Notes under the pieces: generated by a model
What the model was told of the DNA's origin: nothing
Seen by the model: the letters and a program-made list of their open reading frames with translations, nothing else
Database searches by the model: none
Part shown: positions 61,689 to 64,000 of the stretch, piece after piece
Numbering within the stretch: the stretch's first letter is position 1
Layout: each line of letters begins with the position of its first letter
Made by a program: the position numbers and the translations under genes
Source of the DNA: Podarcis melisellensis
Taxonomy: Eukaryota
Assembly (NCBI GenBank): GCA_964234715.1
Contig: OZ174278.1
Length of the DNA: 64,000 nucleotides
Strand: one strand, 5' to 3'

Positions 61689-63760
61689 GATACTGGTTAG
61701 TATTTCATTTACGTATATGGATAGAATTTCAAACACCTGCAAGGGGTCAGCCTGAGACCATATTCTTTTATATTCCCTCTTGTGAAACTGATTAGTATTG
61801 CATGCACTACTTCTGCACTTGCTTTAGAAAATAGGTAGCTGTGGCTTACCACTAAATACTGTGTTTTGTAGCCTAAAGCCACTGATTTAGAGATATTAAT
61901 AGTTGCAGGAAACATTAGGATTTTGCTTCAAAGAATGCTAACTCCCTTTCTCAAGCAACAGTTTTCCTCAGGATTCACACTGAGTTGTCTAAAAACTGTA
62001 ATTCTTTGAGTAAAAATCATAGTTATTTTTCAGCATTTAAATGGCTTGATTATATCTTATTAGAACAATACAGTCCATCATTGTGCTACAAAAAATGATG
62101 GGCTGTTCTGCTGCTGAGAAGAGTTTAGTGACTTATACAGTCAATTACTTTACCTTGAGAAGGTTGATTGGAGAAAACAGGTATGCTGTGAATCCTGTTC
62201 TAAGAGCTATTATGGGTCCATAGTGTTAGCAGCGTTGGTCTATGAGGCTACAGTTCCAAAAGCAATCAAAAAGTAATGAATTGGCTAGATAGTTCAAGAT
62301 CTTCCATAGTCATATGACACTTGTCAACATGTGATCACTGTTCAGCTGGTATTAAATTTTGCATAGGTTGAAAAAAGATGTAGCAGCACAACAGCTTTGT
62401 CCTTGAAGAACATTTTGTGAATACTTTAAATTGTAAGTCTTTTTATTGTAAGTAGATATCAGCAGCTATTAGCTGTGACAAAGCAGAACTAGCAAAGTAA
62501 CAGCAAGAAAACCTTCAGATGCCTGTCTGTCCATCTATCTCCCTATATTCTGAAGACCCTTAATTTAAGAGTTATCATAAGGAAATGTAAAGTCTTAGTC
62601 CCTGAAATTCTGTGAATATAGGTAGGGCTAAATGAACTTCAGTATCTGTAACTGTTCATAGTTCAGAACAGAGCATCCATGCAATGGAAAAAATCATCAA
62701 GATACTATTAGACATGTCAGGCCATAGCTGATAAGTATGAATGATTAAGTATATGCCCAGTAATTTTGCACTAAAATGTTTAAGTGCCCTTGTGAAGCTG
62801 CCCTTGCAATGAATACAGAGAACAAGTCATTGTTATGTAGACAGGGGAAAATGGACCATCAAGTTATCTAATTAAAGTAAAATTAAAACTTCAGTGCACT
62901 CAGACGTTTATTATTCAGCATGTCCTAAGTTTCACGAACTTGTTATTCAATTTTGTTATATGAAAAAGAGTGGTCATGTTATCTCACGTTGGTCTGTGTC
63001 CAGTATTGCAATCCTTTGTCAACTCAGAAATAAATGTCATGGGACTTGTTGCCAGGTAAGTGGTATAGAGCTGGAGACTCAGACTATTAAGAATATTTTA
63101 AATTAGGTATTTAGAGTTTCAGTTTCTGGAGCATAGGGCCTACAGCCTAGTGGAATCTGCCAGTTTTGTTGGGTTATGCAATGCTTCCCACTTGTGCTAG
63201 GCCTTGTTGCTCATATATTGCGACTTCCAGTGCATCACATGGGTTGCTGACGTGACTGACATGTAAAATGTACCACAACAGCCTCAGTGACATTAGCAGC
63301 TATTGTGGAGGTTGATTTGGGGCTCAGCATAGCCTTTCAGCAGTCTGAGAGATTGAAATAGCAAGGTTCAACAGGGCCCATCAGCTTTAGGGAAAGGGAC
63401 CGTTGTTGGGGATGGAGGAGAATTTTTAGTCAACATTTTTAAGTGAAGCAACCTAATCCATACCTCCTAGGCAAATAGATGGATAGAAATATAATCCTTT
63501 GGATTTTGGACTTTCCTGAATTTTTATAATAGTTCTCAGCTCATTAAAAAATTACCAAAATGCAAATATGTACTTTTTTAGGAAGGACTATGTTTAGAAT
63601 TTTGTACATTGATACATAAATGAGAGTGTGGAAAACATTCAAATTCAATTTTTGCAGCTTTTTTTAAATTAAAAAAACCCACATGTTCATCTGACAGTGG
63701 GATAGAATGGGTACATGGTAAATTGACATGGCCTAGAAATGGACTGTTCCTTTCATCTCT

Positions 63761-63900
63761 AGCCATAGTTCAGTGGCACAGCAAATGGTCTGCAGGCAAA
63801 ATCTCCCTCAGGATCTTCATTTAAAAGGATAAGGAAGCAAATGATTTGGAAGACTTCTGCTAAAATCCCAGAGAGTGCTGTCAGTTAGTGGTCTCAGCAT
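63761..63900 (+). mobile_element. Decayed tRNA-derived SINE
   Basis: GCCATAGTTCAGTGG A-box-like head and a GAGAGTGCTGTCAGTTAGTG body. Strongly eroded. Confidence 0.35.
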
Positions 63901-64000
63901 TATTTTTGGTCTCATTACAGACTTGTGACATGGGCCTTCTGTTGCTCATCTACCACAATCCCAGTCTATACATACAGACTCATGAGTCAAGGGAGAAACA

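Overview
This is AT-rich eukaryotic (vertebrate) genomic DNA. It is almost certainly from a squamate reptile and probably a lacertid lizard, inferred from Sauria/Squam1 SINEs, a Squam3-like SINE, and BovB, L2 and CR1 LINE remnants. I could not support any host protein-coding gene. The ORF track consists of short chance ORFs and TE-derived frames, so the window looks like a gene desert or a large intron. It is a layered transposon landscape containing four Sauria SINEs, CORE-SINEs, L2/CR1/RTE fossils, TA-flanked Tc1/mariner-type MITEs, hAT MITEs with 8-bp TSDs, several solo LTRs (two with exact 5-bp TSDs) and a fossil tyrosine-recombinase (Ngaro/DIRS) fragment. Between the repeats lie motif-dense non-coding islands that look like developmental enhancers. 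The most notable observations are: (1) a locally duplicated ~180-bp element (241-428 and 1381-1569) in which transcription-factor-like blocks are invariant while the spacers have diverged; (2) an 81-bp-arm near-perfect palindrome at 47722-47920, apparently created when a MITE copied its own flank; (3) a 5S-rRNA-derived SINE-like element with a non-5S head; and (4) Pbx-Hox/Meis motif clusters. I found no convincing new multi-gene biological system. Repeat family names come from recalled consensus features and need RepeatMasker/Dfam confirmation.
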